A stretch of 52,028 nt of DNA, from NCBI GenBank assembly GCA_003501335.1, contig DNPQ01000567.1:1-52028 (forward strand), written 5' to 3'. Source of the stretch: Bacillota bacterium (GTDB lineage: Bacteria > Bacillota > UBA4882 > UBA8346). How positions within the stretch are numbered: position 1 is the first letter of the stretch; each line of letters opens with the position of its first letter. Positions 51,968 through 52,028 of the stretch are shown here, one piece after another. The notes below the pieces were generated by a model, which ran no database searches, had not been told where the DNA came from, and was given only the letters and a program-made list of their open reading frames with translations. Made by a program: the position numbers and the translations under genes.

Positions 51968-52028
51968 AGTCTTACCTCCGCTCGTATGGAAACTATAAAA
52001 AGTCGCTTCCCGCCAAACATTGGAACAG

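Overview
The window holds a roughly 43-kb prophage (3183..46162) from an endospore-forming Firmicute, inserted into the 3' part of a tRNA-Lys(CUU) gene. It is bounded by a perfect 48-bp direct repeat at 3183-3230 and 46115-46162.

Host DNA on the left (1..3182) carries a CotD-like spore-coat gene and a few small hypotheticals. It also keeps the displaced tRNA 3' fragment with its native terminator. Host DNA on the right (46163..52028) carries tRNA-Lys and tRNA-Met, then a block on the minus strand that matches the B. subtilis order csfB-yaaO-tmk-yaaQ-yaaR-holB-yaaT.

Almost all prophage genes read on the minus strand. From right to left the modules are:
- Lysogeny: tyrosine integrase, ImmA-like protease, XRE repressor, and a divergent cro-like gene with a three-operator switch.
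- Early and replication: an Xis-like HTH, a J-domain protein, a replication organiser with internal iterons, and a DnaB helicase.
- Late regulation and packaging: a RinA/ArpU-like activator, TerS and TerL.
- T7/BPP-1-style podovirus morphogenesis: portal, scaffold, capsid, gp11- and gp12-like tail tube proteins, and internal virion proteins.
- A ~2750-aa ejection or 'polyvalent' protein, then a tail fibre and a lipoprotein moron.
- Lysis cassette: XhlA-like protein, amidase, holin, and a spanin-like pair.
- A visibly AT-rich 6.4-kb accessory region (3231..9660) next to attL.

The most unusual items are these:
- The giant virion protein carries an apparently catalytically intact GGDEF domain, followed by a PARP-like ART-type motif block and an HExxH module.
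- Two long same-strand ORFs are fully overlapped, start 2 nt apart, and sit at the spanin position.
- The accessory region has several uncharacterised candidate exclusion or defence genes: a small OMP-like secreted protein plus a multi-TM protein, a DUF2971 protein, an HTH-led four-gene operon, and a 289-aa orphan.

Several features suggest a diderm, Negativicutes-type host. These are the terminal-Phe beta-rich secreted protein, the T7-type tail and the spanin-like genes. This host assignment is inference only.

I did not recognise any rRNA, CRISPR array, transposase or reverse transcriptase. All family assignments come from motif recognition by eye, not from database searches.
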